From assembly GCA_026914245.1 (NCBI GenBank), contig CP110439.1, positions 744,001 to 808,000 of the forward strand: a stretch of DNA of 64,000 nt, read 5' to 3'. This document shows, one piece after another, positions 1-14,045 of the stretch. The notes under the pieces were generated by a model that ran no database searches, was not told the DNA's origin, and worked only from the letters and a program-made list of their open reading frames with translations. Within the stretch, counting starts at the first letter, position 1, and each line of letters begins with the position of its first letter. The translations under genes were made by a program, and so were the position numbers. This stretch comes from Puccinia triticina (lineage: Eukaryota).

Positions 1-1568
1 GTATCATTGAACTCGCGAAGGTCCTGGAAGCTTGTGATAGATTGATGATGAGGATATAAGGAGGTTCCAGGATCGGTAGTCGCAAATAAGGAAGACAGCG
101 GATCGGCCGGGACGAACGGTCTACCGAATCCGTCCGAGGATTTTGGGGACCTTTTGGGGATAGATTGGGATGAGTGATCACTGCTGGTGACACCAACTGG
201 TTCGTAGGAGAACGAAGAAGAAGAGAGAGGGGTGGAAGGACTGGATAAACAGATCATCGGCAGGATGGAAGAAACATATGTATCAGCTAAGAGCACCAAG
301 ATGGGCGGCGGGGTGCATATGTAGGCCGAGCTGAAACGTGTTACAGCATTTTTTACGTGCCCATTCAAGCGGGTTGTGACTCACGCGCATTGTTCCTCAG
401 CTACCAAGTGGCTGAATTCCAGTTCGACGGGCTGCTGGTTGTCTTCGCTCTCAGAGGCTACCGGGTCGGTTGCCTTGGCCGAAGCGGTCCGGGTTGAGGA
501 GGGTGTGAAGTCAGACCAGAATTGGGAGAGATCGAGTGGCTGGGTTTTCGGCGGCGGCTGAGAGTAAGAGGAGGTGCTCATCTGATGGAGGAGGTCGAAG
601 GAGGGTCTGATTGGATCAAGTGGGTAGCAGTCAATTGTTGTATCTAAAGAATGAATTGGATGGGGATGGTGTGGGGTGGACTGATAACGAGCATCGGCTG
701 AGATTGAGATGGCGGATGAGATTGGATGGTTGAGGAGATTGGTGGAAGAGCTTGGCTTGAAATCTTGGATGGTGGTACCACCACCACCACTAGGGCTAGT
801 TGTGTTGTACTCGACAGAAAAACAGTTCTCGAGATTATTATTATTATTCCTGCTAGTGCTGCTGCTGTTGTTCTTTGTTGCTGAGGACGGGGATGAAGGG
901 GATGGAAAGCTGAGGAATGGATGGAAGTCGTCCTGGTCGAAGCTGCTGAAGTAGGATAGGGATGGGTAGCTGCTATTCTCCTTGGATGAGTCTCCGCTCA
1001 AGCCAGGCTGAGTCTGAGTCTGAGTCTGAGTTATTTTCTCTTGTTTTCCATCCTCCGACGATCCAGTGCCAGTGGCTGTGGTCCTAGTACTACCCCGCAC
1101 GTCTGGCTCATCGGCCTGACTCTGGCTGAGACGAGCTGGGTGGATATTCCTTAGCGTCGGCTGGTCGTGGTCCTGGGTTAGTTGCTGCTCCTTGGAGCTG
1201 TCGTCGCTCCACCGGCCGGTTGAGGAGCACTGCGCCGGTGCCGGCGGTGCTTCCCGAGCGAGCCGATCGTCATATGCCGGGCTGAGATCGCTCGAGTCAG
1301 CCGACGAGGGCTCCTCGGGCCCAAAGAGGATCGAGGCGAGCTCAGTTTCCAAACTGTTCCGCGTCGCACCATTCTGCGGCAGAAGACTACCTTCCTCGGC
1401 GATCCCCGTCGGTGCTCGGTGTCCTGGCTGATGGGGGGCCGATAATCCGTCGTAGGACTGTCCAAAGTACATCTGGAGATAATAATCAACCCCCTCTGAG
1501 GAGCCAGTCGCATCCGAGTCTGACTCTGGGGTCGGCTGTTGGTGCTGATGACTGATCAGCGGTCTCAT
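1..1568 (-). CDS. Ser/Thr/Pro-rich low-complexity protein, 5' part only (runs off the window); possibly a regulatory protein N-terminus
   Basis: Long open frame from ATG 1568 (MRPLISHQ...), GT donor at 384, AG acceptor at 242-241, and a phase-compatible second exon open from 240 to base 1. No recognisable domain. Confidence 0.6.
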
Positions 1569-3793
1569 CCTCTTGCACACGACGATCTGCTCGCCAATTG
1601 GTTTGTTTTTTTCCTCCAAGAAAAATTTAGGATGATGAAATGGGAGATCGGGGAAGATGACGGCCAATCCAAGAATTTCCAAGACCACGCACGAGTCGCG
1701 GCCGGACAGATAAATGACAGACAGACCGGCGGGGCTAGACAAGACACGCAGCCTGGAGATGATTTCTACGGATAGGAGGATGTGGATGATGATGATGAAG
1801 AGGGTTCACTAAACTGGCCGATTCGTCGATAGGCCTGGCGATGATGTACCCGGTTGATTGATTGAGAGGTCAAACAGGATAAACAGGTCAATCAGCCCCC
1901 ATTCATGAACTGGCCACCAACCCAAAACAATAACTACTTAATATCAACACATTTGGTTAAATAGTGAAATTTATAAACATAAGAATCAGAGCGGGAGAGG
2001 TTGGATCTCCTCTGAGTTTTGAACCCGGTGCATTCTAGAAATCCACAAGCTGAAGAGCTCAAGCCAGCCAGAAAGAATCACATCGACTAACTCACCAAGA
2101 CTTCAATCCGCAGGAGGTAGGATTCACTGCTTCATCTAGGAGCACCAACACATCAACCAACACCCAACAAACCGTTAACGGATATGCGCAATCGGAACCC
2201 CTCCCCACGTGCGTCTGTCCAACAGGAGAGCGCTTCAGGCTCGTTGACCTTAACGAGCACTAGAAAAGAGATAGATATGGCAGTAGAGCAAACAACCTAA
2301 TAACCAGTCAGACTTGGATAAAGGAGAGCGGACCGCGAATGAGACCAAGGATCGTCCTAAAAACAAAGCCCAAAAAAAATGCCGGTGAAGCCAGCGAACT
2401 GTCAGGAGAGCAGGACCGAGAGATAGAGATGGAAGGTTTTCGATGGTAAGTAACAACTTCGAGTCAAGGGAGAGCGGATCAGAAGGAAGATTGGCGTTGT
2501 ACCCGGGGGTGAGAGCAAATAAATCAGAATAATACGAATGTTGAATGACACATCATCATCGCCAATCAGAATCAGGAAAAAAATGCGGAAGGAATGTAGA
2601 TTAGCCAATCTATACCAGAAACACCTTGGTGGATTAGTATAAATTCAGTGACAAGAACCACCAACACCGAATTCTCCACTTCAATGATTAACGAGATGAT
2701 GATGATGATGATGATGATGATAAGAAGATATCATGATTGGCGTTAATGGTCGATTTACGATTATAAAGGGCTTGGAAAGCCGATTTAAGATTCATTTTTG
2801 ATGGACATACATAAATGAGTATAAGGAGCGAAGAGCCCAGAGGATAGGCTTTGCGGGTAGAATAAAAACGATAGAGACTAGCGAGCCGAGCCGAAATGGG
2901 CACAGGCGGAAGAAGTAACAGAGAGATTCGTGTATTTGATCAAGCCGTTCGACGAGCGGCAGAACCGAAGGCCGGCGAGCGAGTAGCTGGCACAAGGAAC
3001 CTTGTTCTCTAGATTATTAGAGCCAGGTGTAAGCGCATATATAAATACGTCAAGACATAAATGAGAATGAAACGGAAACACACAGCTTCTAATCGATCTA
3101 CGACTGCCTGGTGAGATTGGAGTATGAATAGTCTTACTCCGGGGCTCTATCCAATTTAACTGGAGGCTGTTGGCAGCTTGTTGATCGGTCGAATGCCTCC
3201 AAAGCCACCAGCAAGTAAAACCGTGATGCACTTGGAAGTGACTGCCCAATCTACTAAGAATGCGTAAGCCCACACTTATCCAGTTTGCCGAGTGTGTATG
3301 TGTGTGTGTGTGTTTGGTCTACAGGCTACGGGGAGCCCAGGAAAGGGATATTGAGAATATTTTAACAGGCAAATGATCCAGTTGGCCTTTTTGATCTCGA
3401 AGACTTATCTCAACATATCCTATCTAAATATGTAAGTCACTGGACTTGAGTATGTAGATCAGAAAGGGGAGGAAGCGATCATATCAATCAAGGAAAAGTA
3501 AAAAGCAAGAAAGAGGAAGATAGACACAGTGGACGCTGCTAGGGGTTTGAGAATTATTGGATGTAATTTTGAACTACACAGTGGTAGGAGTAGGACGACA
3601 AACTCAAGAATAGCCACGGTAAATGTATACCATTGACGATAGGCAAAAGGAAGAAAGCATTCATTGATGGATGGAGAATCTGCTCAAAACCAACGCCTCT
3701 AAATTCCACTCCAAACAAAAACGCCAGATCATAATGGCGATCCTTAAAGTCTCATCAACACCATTCCAAAATTAACACTGTTGGATAAACCTG

Positions 3794-3970
3794 ATGAGAA
3801 GAGTGATGCATGGATATTTCCCAGCCATCGCGATTGAGTTTGAGGGCTTTATCTGCTCACTCACTCCGAGAGTGCTGAGCGAATGAGAAGTGTGATGCAT
3901 GGATATTTCCCAGCCATCGCGATTGAGTTTGATGGGCTTTTTTGTCGCTCACTCACTCCAACAATGCTGA
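3794..3970. repeat. Direct tandem duplication, ~89 bp unit x2
   Basis: ATGAGAAG.GTGATGCATGGATATTTCCCAGCCATCGCGATTGAGTTTGA...GCTCACTCACTCC starts at 3794 and again at 3883. Confidence 0.85.
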
Positions 3971-6900
3971 TCAAGTACGCGCTCCCCTATGTGGTTAGGA
4001 CGGGGCAAGGCGAGCGAGAATGTTCGAAGGATGATAGGGGAAGAGAGCACGCGTAAATTTTATTGAACTCACTTTTCTATATGCTGTTTTCGAGGATGAT
4101 GAGTCGAGTGATGACTGAGCGGTGCTGACAGAGCCGATTAGCGCGTAGAGGGAGAACTTGAGGTATTATGTAGGATCAAACTTGGTTGATACTCCACTAA
4201 TCGACAGGCCAGCTACGTATGGAGACGAGTGGTCGATTTTTTGTTTGCTTGTTGAAGGGGAGAGTGGGTAGGTCGGCCTATGTATGAAGGACTGGAGAAA
4301 TGAGCGGATGGAAGAGGACTGATGATGAGCAAGCTTTTTTTACTCTGGCATTACTGTCGTCATCGACATGGTCAGCATCAGCAGCATCAACGTACGGATA
4401 GGAATAATTTCACCTGTCGTGCATATATTCCTCAGCATGCGAGTGGTCGTCGTCTCAAAAGCTGTGAGAATGGATTTCGATAGAAAATTTAGCTAAGAAG
4501 TAGATTATGATACAAGGGCCAAGGCTGTGGAGATGATCAGTGAGAGAGCTTGGTTTGGTTTAGCTAATCAAAAATGTCTCCCAAAGTTGAGAAATGCAGC
4601 AGTGGTTTGCCAGAAGGATACATAATTATTTTTAGTAGCATACTTGTATCCACTGAGGTTGTTTGAGTACATCTAACCCTCCGTCAGCGTTAGACGCCGG
4701 TCTACCGGTCCAACCTGGTCCAACACGCCGAAACAGCTGCAATATAGTGTACTATACGCAAATAAGATATCTGTTAAAAAACTGAGGCTGTCGGCTCGAC
4801 CCGACCAGAGTAAAAATGCGAGAGACCCGGGCGGATCGCGTTGTGAGATGTGCAAGATAAGCTTGAAGCTATAATGCCGGCGGCAGCACCATGATTTTTT
4901 CCTTCATGCAGCGCAGCCGGCGATACAGATTCGAGTGTATGTACGGTGTTAAGAGTCTCTTCAGAGTAGATATTTTACGCGTAGAAGCACTGCAACTACG
5001 TGGTAAAGTAGCCTGAGTAGTGAGGCGCTTGGGTGGATCTAGCGGAAGTGTGGCCGGTTGATTTTGGAGGATAGACACATGACTTATTTACACTCACTTC
5101 GCTCAGCTGGCCGGCCTCTGATGTCGGAGTCGGAATGGATTGGTCCTGATGGGCTCAGATCAGTCATCAACCCTGGCTCAGCTCGGTCTGGTGACTCACA
5201 GGCCTCTTGACTTCACACTTGACCTTGTATGCAGTCGTCTCCTTCGATCCGGATCACTTGAGGCGCTTGGTCTCTGGAAGGTTACAGTTGGTTTACGAGT
5301 TCCTCGTCTTAACCGAGCGTAGTTAATCTGTTGACGGATCACGAGGCCGAGAAAATGGATCAGAAGGCCAGGTCAAGTCCGTGGTCGATCAAGCTCGTTT
5401 CCTCAAAAATCAGAAGGGATAAGAGTTGATCTCGGAAACAATCTGTGAATGGAACTCAGAACAATCAAAAAAGAGATTGATCTCAGTTGATGACGGCTTG
5501 GAGTCCTCAGTCTGGAGTCAACGACCTTCAATCGGATAAACCGCATGAATATTGAACATTTGGGAGCGCATACATGCCCGTCTTAGCACACATCAGAGAA
5601 GCCACGGGATTTTCAGCACAAAGGCGGCGACACTCTGGGCAATCATTGCTCGCGGGACAGCCGCGCTCCGTGATGCTGTGGCTGCTCCAGCAGTGGATAC
5701 TATAGCGGCTGAGGCTAACACAGTGCGATCTTAAGAGGTTGTTAGCATCATCGACTGGCAGCAACAGCCTTTTGAATTTTTTGTCGAGTCCATCTCGCAG
5801 TTGACGATGTGAATAATGAACAATATATGATTGGAATGAGCGGAGGGAAATCGCAGCGGGCTGGGTCTATGACCTTTCCTAACCCTCATCTCGAAGGTTT
5901 AATCGAGGAGATGGGTGTCTTCTATGTCGAATGTATGCACGGAGACTTCTATTTGCCTTGCTCTCAAAGCAAATTATTCACAGCTCTGTGTCACTCTACC
6001 CCATCATCAGATATGTGACTCACACGCTCTGCTATGAATTCAACGCACTCAGCTGGCACGAAGATAGGAAGCAGGGTCTTCTGTGAATATGCAGACGGCG
6101 AATTGAAGATTTAACGTCCTTTGCTATTAATTTGCAAAAAAAATCCGGTGGTGAATGACTGAAAGCTCTCTCAGTTTTATGATAACTCTTCTCCTTTGGC
6201 CTGCATTGTCATAAATAGTCTCAGGATGACGTATGGGCGCTGAGTAGCCCTCCAGAATGACGATTCTCCATACGGAGTGCTGCAGCTATGGATGAAGACG
6301 ATGGATTGCGGGTTATCTTTCCTCAAGGTGCACATCACACATTTTGTAGCCGGATCAACCGGATCTTTACCTCAAGACGGATGCTGATCGGCCCTCAGTA
6401 CATACGGCCAGTATCAACGACAAGCAGTAACAACTTGATTTACCAGCATAACGAAATATGACTTCTTCTGTCTTTCATAAGATCTTATCGCCATTTTCAA
6501 GGGCAAAAGAAGCATTAGTTTTACTTGGTAATCCCCTGTGTTTGCAAGTGTAGGAGCGGTTGATTTCACTGACTTTCCCTTGTTGTCAAATTTCTCTATA
6601 ATTCCTGATCTGTAGATCCCGCCAAACAGACAGATAACTATATAGCAAATGTCAATTCCCAAGTGAGACTTACAGAGAAGGCATATCCTTGCGTATGTTA
6701 GGATAGGACAAACGGAAGTCAACAATGGACAGTTTTCACGATTATCATCACGAGAGGCTAGCCGAGTTACACATTCATGCCACGATTCTTGGGCGACTAG
6801 TGAGTCCTGACCGATTATTTCTCCACTAGAGGAGGTAAAGTCAGCTTTTTGTCTAAATGGAGCCCAATTACTTTAATTACCACTCCCCAAAATCAGGAAT

Positions 6901-8198
6901 CTGAGCTTTGTCGGTGCAGCCTTACTGGTTCTCGAAGAAGGGACGATGAAAATCGACCGGCATTACCATCCGGATGGCTCCGCAACTGTCTTCCCGACGA
7001 TGCCGGATTGACTTTGAAAAGTGTGCTTTTTAATGCATGAATGTATGAATTTTTCAGTGATTGGATCGACGATGATCCCAATTCTCAATCTAAAATGCCA
7101 GCTTTGGAAACTTACCCGAGGAAGCTAAACTTTTGCTGCCAGTCACGCCAACTCACGCTCAACAACAAGCATGAACAATTTTTATTGGCCGGCTCGGGTG
7201 GCCAAGAGAACTTTGCTACAAAATGGACCAAGTTGATGAATTCCTTGAGCGTTTTAATGGACTTGACCATAATGTTGCGACGCGAAGGGCCGGGGCAGGG
7301 TCCTTTATACGCGTCGCGCTGTGCTAAGCCCTCACGGCCGCCTCCAAGGCAGTTCAGTATCGGACCGAGTCCGGACCGGTGGATCCGGTTGTGGTCTGTT
7401 GCGGCCTTTTCGGAGCTTTTGGTGTAGGTATGTAATTGATCAGCACTGCCAACTGGGTCCGGCTGCAGCAGAAGCACGTCCAATCCTGTAAGCTCACAGT
7501 CAGCAGATGTAGCGCGATAGCCAATTCGCTAACCTATTGACAGCCGAACTGGTGCACATAATAAAAGAGCGTATCATCCAGCCTGACAGTCTCGAGTAAC
7601 GGCAGCGATCTCAGACGAACTGCGACAATGCCGATGGTCATAATCTACTCGACCACAATGAACTCGGGATGAACCAACCTTGGTCAAGGGCACATTCAGA
7701 GCGAATAAGCAGCTGTGCAGCCTGGCCCTACTTCTGCAATGATAGCCTTTGTCGCGACCATCGAGCCACACCATCTTCGAGACCACAATTTTCATGGCCA
7801 GAGTGTGAGCATCAGTAAATATATTCTTCTTCATTTTCAGTCCCGAATAAAAAGCTGGATCTCTGTTTCTTTCTTATCACTTTTTTCTTTTTCTTTCTTC
7901 TTAGTGGTTTTCGTACCAGTCCCTAGCACTTAAAAACTACAAGTATTAAAAACTTGCATTTAAATAGGCCGCTACCGCGCGGATGCCTACCCTACTCTTA
8001 GTGCGCAAAGTCTAATCAATAAGCATTTGAAAGTGTTGCAAAGATTTGATCCCACATTATGAAGTCCCATCAACTACAAAGCACACTCGTAGGAGAGCAC
8101 ATCGACAAGTTTGGATATAGGGCGACTCAGGCACGGTTTCCTAGCTGAGAGGAATGGCCGCCTGGTTGATACTATGATGAGTTTATCACCTGATGGAA

Positions 8199-10260
8199 TC
8201 AAATAGGCACCCCAGCTTCCCGACATGCCTTGACTGTTCCAACGTGGGTTTTTCTCTTCTTGAACTCCGGGCTTCTACAGTCACAGACAGGTAAGTCGAT
8301 GATACACTTTTGAGCGCCATTGTTTTCAACCGCGCTGTAGTTTTCACAAAATTGTGAAACAATAAAGAAATAACGTCATTTAGTTCAAGAACAAACGTTG
8401 ACTCGTCTCTTGGAATGGACTGATATTTAAGCTCGTCTCCGTATGGGTTTGGGGAAATGGATCTTACCTCAAGTTGCTGTTGGCGTGTGTGATCCCTATT
8501 TCCTTCCGCGTCTTCTGGCATTCAATCGCGGAAGATGTCAAATACTCGGCAGTGATCCCGAATTTGCTTGATAAAACCCCGGCATTCGGGATGTGATTTT
8601 TCACTTGCGAATTTCGTGGCGAGACTGTGACAATATTGAACATGCTACGCAAGGATATAAAGATTTTAGGCAAACTTAGTTTCAATGCGAGCATGTCCAA
8701 ACAAATTTTCCTAATCCAATGCTTAGTTGGGGAAGTGGCAAAAGTTAAACCATTTACTCACGTGCCGTTCGAGTTACAGTAAGACAAGACGTTATCACCG
8801 GACCATGCACCGTTCTTTCCACCACCACTGCAAGGGTCCTGCGAAAATTATCAAACCGTCAGTAAAGGGAATATGCATCGAATGGAAGGAGACAAATCTC
8901 ACGCTTCCAATCGTCACAAACGCATTCTACGGAAGCAATGTGGAAAGAATATGCCAGGTCAAGGTTATCATTACAATCACTAACAGAGTAAGGCTCCCAT
9001 TTCAATCAAGTGTGAATTTCAGCAGTGTTTTTACTCACCATAGATTTTAGGATGTGAGCTAATGACGCTCCCACAGTGATGTTTTGAAGTTCATTTGCAA
9101 TTTGCTCAACACTGCGGAATTGCCTGGGGTCAAGATAAGACCCTCCAGATAGGGCTCCAGCCATACCCTCAGGGGAACTAATACCGGCGTGAAGCAGTGA
9201 GTGAGTTTGATTTCTGAGAGCCTCCTGCACTTGCTGTTGGTAATTAGTGATTTGATAATTCACTTCGGAGCCCTGAATGAAGTAAGAATTGTTAGGGTTT
9301 AGAAATAGCGTGAACATGTATTCGACGGTAGTTAATGATTTCAAACTTACCAAGCTGAAGGAATCCTTTGGAGCATCCTTGTATCGTGTAGTAAGCGAAA
9401 CGACGTTAGCAATCGTGGATGGAATCAAAACTAGACCTGCGATCCAAGTCGCAGCGATCGAAACCCATCCAGCTATGCTCATCACTAAAGGTAGGATGGT
9501 GACCACCAAGCTTGCAAGTGCGGCACCCATGGCGAAATGAGTTTTTTGAGAAAAGATCCGTAGGTTGTCAGGTTGAGGGAACAATGCCGAAACTATGCTT
9601 AGGAGGTTGGCTGAAATGACCAAATTTGATAAGATAAAACATCTAGTAAGTGGGTAATTGGTTTACTCTTTCGAGACTCGTGTTGAGGTTACCTTGGACT
9701 AGAGACATGGTGAAACCGATGGTCGTATGCAGATTATTCATTCTCTCGGTCCACTCCTGAATTGCAAACAAAACATACCAATCCAAACCCTTGACTGGAT
9801 GGCACATCTAAGGCAAAAGGTATGTCCAGTAAGAAATCGGGTTTTCCATTACCACCACAACGATTCTTACCTGGCCTGCATTGCACCACTCCGATATTCC
9901 ACAATGAAAATTTTTAGCGCCCACGTTGGTGGCGTAGTCCTGTTAAGATACAATCAACAACGCACTGTCATGAGCATGCGTGTCCTATTTTCTTTGGGTA
10001 AATGGATGAGGGAATCAACCCACATTTACTGTTAGATTTTGACCACCGGGGTATTCCGAGATGTACTTGTCTAAGTCCAATTTTTGCCATGTTTCTTCAG
10101 TGAACGGCAATGGATCGCAGGTAGATTGTAGCTGAATTTGATTTGGGGGATGATGGAAAGCAGCTGTCCAGCCGAGAAAGATGCACACTCCGGGAATGAG
10201 GGAAGTTCTAACTGGTAATCGCCTTCGAAGTTTGAGCATGGTCTCTTGCCGTGAAGCCAT
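8199..10260 (-). CDS. Multi-exon Cys-rich secreted/membrane protein of a rust-type family (DUF7872-like from recalled motifs)
   Basis: GT-AG exons read CDPLPFTEETWQKLDLDKYISEYPGGQNLT / DYATNVGAKNFHCGISEWCNAGQ / MCHPVKGLDWYVLFAIQEW / hydrophobic exon ~9615-9038 / NAFVTIGS / DPCSGGGKNGAWSGDNVLSYC / ...CIIDLPVCDC...GTVKACREAGVPI-stop (TGA 8201-8199). The start may be the second ATG near 10239. Confidence 0.75.
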
Positions 10261-11432
10261 ATCGGCCGTTGCTCCTGTAGGGTTGCTTGATAGCCTAAAG
10301 AAGGTCCGCTGGATTCAGAGGGAGGACGCCGCCCTAAAGCAGAAAAAGACTCAGGCTGGACCGCAAGGGTTCCCAAGTGCTGAAGGCAAAGTGCGGTTCC
10401 GTATGGCTTCGGACGTAACAGATGAGGTCTCGCCCCGTTTTGGAAGGCATCTGAGACGGTTTCAGCGCCATCACTCCGGTCCAATACGTCTTCCTCGCGT
10501 TCCTGAGCCGGAGCGGGAGAGGAACGGCCCGGGGCCCTACAGATAATGTTTATGCGACGAGCGGTTTCAATCTAACCACAACTTGCTGCATAAGTTCCGG
10601 GACTGGAAGCTCGTGCTGGTGATACAATCGAACCCTACCGGATCTACCGGGGCCACCCCATCGGTTGCCTGTTCGGTTTGGAGCGACACGTTTGTCAGGA
10701 CTTGGTCAATCAAGGCCTGACCTTTCTGATTCCTCAGGTGTAGGCTTAGCTCACTCAATGGGTTTCTCTGGAAGTCTGTGGTTTTCAGTAAACTGCGGCT
10801 GGCAAGGTTTACCATACTTGTCTCCAGCCATCGCATGTGCCACAATCACAAGATATTTTACTCAAATGCTGGAGCAGGGCAATATCATGTGGTAGTAGTT
10901 TACAACGTGGAAGCTGAGATGCTGGTCTGTGTAAATATCAGTCCCAGTTCTCCTCATTATCATACCGTATGTGGCTGCAAACTATGGCTCAAGACTCAGA
11001 GTCAACACCTAAAGAATCTCAAAGCTCTGACGCAAAGTTTTTGGGATGAGTTAAAAGCACCTTGGGTTCAGCCAGGGTTAACCCCAGTTGGGGGAGGAGG
11101 AATATTGCCGTACTTAGGGCGTCAGAATTGTACAGGGGTTTAACAGATCACAACAAAGTAGATGATGGGTTGGCCTGATGTCACCGGTTGGCAAGTGACA
11201 CTTTATTTTTCCTGGTGTATATATATACGCATATGTGATAGTGGAGAAACTATGCTACTCAGTTCATCAATCAAAACAATAATGATCTTCAAGATAGTAA
11301 AGCAAGCTGCGGATTTGGATGGATTGATTTACAAGAAGGGTTATTATGTTGGAAAAGTAAATTGCCGAAATCATATGACCTGAGGGGAAGTTGATAAAAG
11401 TTACCTATTGGGATCGTGAGATACGACAGAAA

Positions 11433-13299
11433 TTAAGCAGAGCCGCAAGCTTCAAGAATGTATTTCATCATTGCGTTTCCCTTGCCTTTACCCTCTTCGA
11501 TCCGAGGCTTAAAGAACTCTGCGGTTTGCTGAAACCGGGCTTCGTACAGCTTGAAATCGCCATAGCTGATGCACTGACTCCATCCACGAGCGGCGAGTAC
11601 GAACTCGCAATCATCAGCACGATAGTCGAGGTTGTGTACGGCAGCATGTATTGCCTTCTCGAGTCTTTCAGGGGAACGGAAGAGATGGTGGATGAGACCA
11701 AACCATAGACGGAACACCGGCGTGGCGGCAATTTCCAGGTGGAGGAAAGGGTTGAGTCCGAGTTGGTGCCAGCAGTCGACGATTGCAAGGATGGTGAGAT
11801 GGCTGTTTGGAGGCGAAGGCCCGGCGGCTGGCTCGCCGATCGCGAAGCTTGAAAAAACGTCGTCCGAAAGAAACATCGGAGGGGGAGACGATCTCGGTGA
11901 GCCAGGAGGGCCGAAGACATGATCCCGACCGGCATGAACTCTCTTTCTGAGTCCTTCTTCATCGTTGGATACCATCAAGACGAACAGCTCGGTAACCGAG
12001 CGGGCGAACTGGTCGATCTGAATTCTTGCGATCGGATTCATGATTGCCAGGCCAGCGTAAACATGCCACTTGGATGAGTATATACGCAGGGTCTGTCAGA
12101 TTGTTGGAAGAAATCATCAGCCCATATGCCTTGAAACGCAAAAGCTTAGGTTTCTTCTTCCATCGTACAAACGTACAATATTGATCTTAGCAACCTCGAT
12201 GCCGCCGATATAACGACCCGAGTCCCAGGGAAAGCGACTAGTCGCATGCCAGGCGGTTCCCATGCTGGAAAGAACGATGGACCCACATCAATCAGCGAGC
12301 TCACTCTAATTTATATGATACTCGAGTCATTAAGCTGTGATGCGAAGGATACCTGAGGAAAGCAGCATGTGTGCATGCCTGGGTGTTGGCCATCACGACA
12401 TCGTGTTCCTCATAGCTAAGCTCAACGTATCGACTGCGAAGGGGTGCCAAGATGTCCTTAACCCATTGCTTCTCTGCAACCGAGCAACGAAAAGGGATCA
12501 AAACCTGATTTAAACCGCAGAAGGTCAACTGATGTTTGTCGTTGAACTTGATTTTAAAAAAAAAACATGAGATGGGGACGAAGAAGGAGAAGGAAACTGA
12601 CTAATGCCTGGCCATCCGGTGGGATTGAGGGGCCATGCAGTGAATGAATTGAACACACTCTCGTGTCGCTCGGTAAGTACTTTTCGAATGCAGCCTGTTC
12701 TGGAGCTTTGACTGAAGTTTGCGCTGCGACTATCGCTCCGAGTTTCGTAGCTGTCGACACCACGATGACAAGCAAGTGAGTCATGTAGCCTTTTTTTCTC
12801 CAAAAAGGGATGATGTGAGACTCAACATGGTCCGTATTGTGCTACAATGCTGTCTATGTGTTCGGAATCGACCGAGTAAATGATAAAGTCAGATGCTCGA
12901 CTGACTAAATGACCATCAGCGACCACCGCGACATTGGGCCGATCTAAAACGAAATGTGTATCTTTGGTCAACCAAACAGAGGGCTACATTGCAGGCGAGG
13001 GTACAAGTCATGAGCCGGCAGATGGGAACGCCACCTTTGTAGTCGACCAGCAACTGATCGAATTTCTCGGGGCGATCGCAGACCAGCAGCCTACAAAAAA
13101 GTTCCGGGGGGAGGAAAGCGGTGTTAGCCGGAATGCCTGCTTGGATAACAACACGGAGAGAGGGCCGAGGCCGCTTGAAGGGTAAAAATGGTGGTCTACG
13201 TAACTGACAATGACCTGCAGCCGCCAGCCTGTCTGCATACATCCGACCCATCTCGCCCATTCCGATCAAGCCAACCACCGTTTGTGGTGAAAGGTTCAT
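11433..13299 (-). CDS. TYR1: Prephenate dehydrogenase (NADP+), multi-exon
   Basis: N-terminal Rossmann motif VGLIGMGEMG; exons with QTSVKAPE, SIHSLHGP, HDVVMANTQACTHAAFL, KWHVYAGLAIMNP and NSHLTILAIVDCW, all typical of fungal Tyr1. Confidence 0.93.
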
Positions 13300-14045
13300 C
13301 GTGCTGCTATCAATCGACGTGGCTGGATGCTGAAGGACCCTCGACGGAGACTGGCAAGCCTATTCGTGCAAAGGGCAAGATGAGGAAATATACTCGATTC
13401 AGGAGTAAAAGATGTACATAGTACTAGACATATGCTTAAGATCCAATCGTAACTGGAATTTCTTGGTTATCGTCTTCCCCACTTCCCCCACTTTCAGACT
13501 CCGAAAATCGCCAGGAAGGTTTTAGATACCGGGTGCGAGAATTTTACAATTCTTATTTCACAAGACATACATAATCCTTGTGAAAGGTATGCATTGGGAT
13601 TTTATGGGATTTATGGGGTAATACATAATTTTACGGGGCTTTCGGACTTGTCTCGGCCATTGTAAATTATACATTGTAATACATGCAATGTAAATATACT
13701 GTGTACAGAGGGGTTTCCTAATATTACACATGATGTTTCACAAACCTTGTGACACCACCTTCGGAATTTCAACATTTGAACTCATACATCTATTTTTACG
13801 GGAGACAGGTTACAAGACTTGATTTACAATGCTGTATTCACCCGGAAAAGTACACCGATTCACGATGATACACGAATTTTGCACGCCTCAACACCTTGGT
13901 CACGTTGGATTCCTGTCCACATGTATGTACGTCCTTTTTTTGCCTTCTCTCCCCCCAGCTTCTCTGTTTTGCCCGTTGGCTGATTACTGTTCAATAGTCT
14001 CGCTCATTTCGCTACCCACCCTCTTTCTCCTTCTTTATCGCCAAC

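Noticed and set aside
2696..3312. (GAT)n and (GT)n microsatellites
   Set aside because: Ordinary short simple repeats.
2250..4560. Possible spliced minus-strand gene
   Set aside because: Splice-like signals exist, but the candidate exons I translated had stops in all frames and no consistent model emerged; it may be a decayed gene or lncRNA.
4600..8150. Short ORFs in the track
   Set aside because: No recognisable motifs or coherent exon chain.
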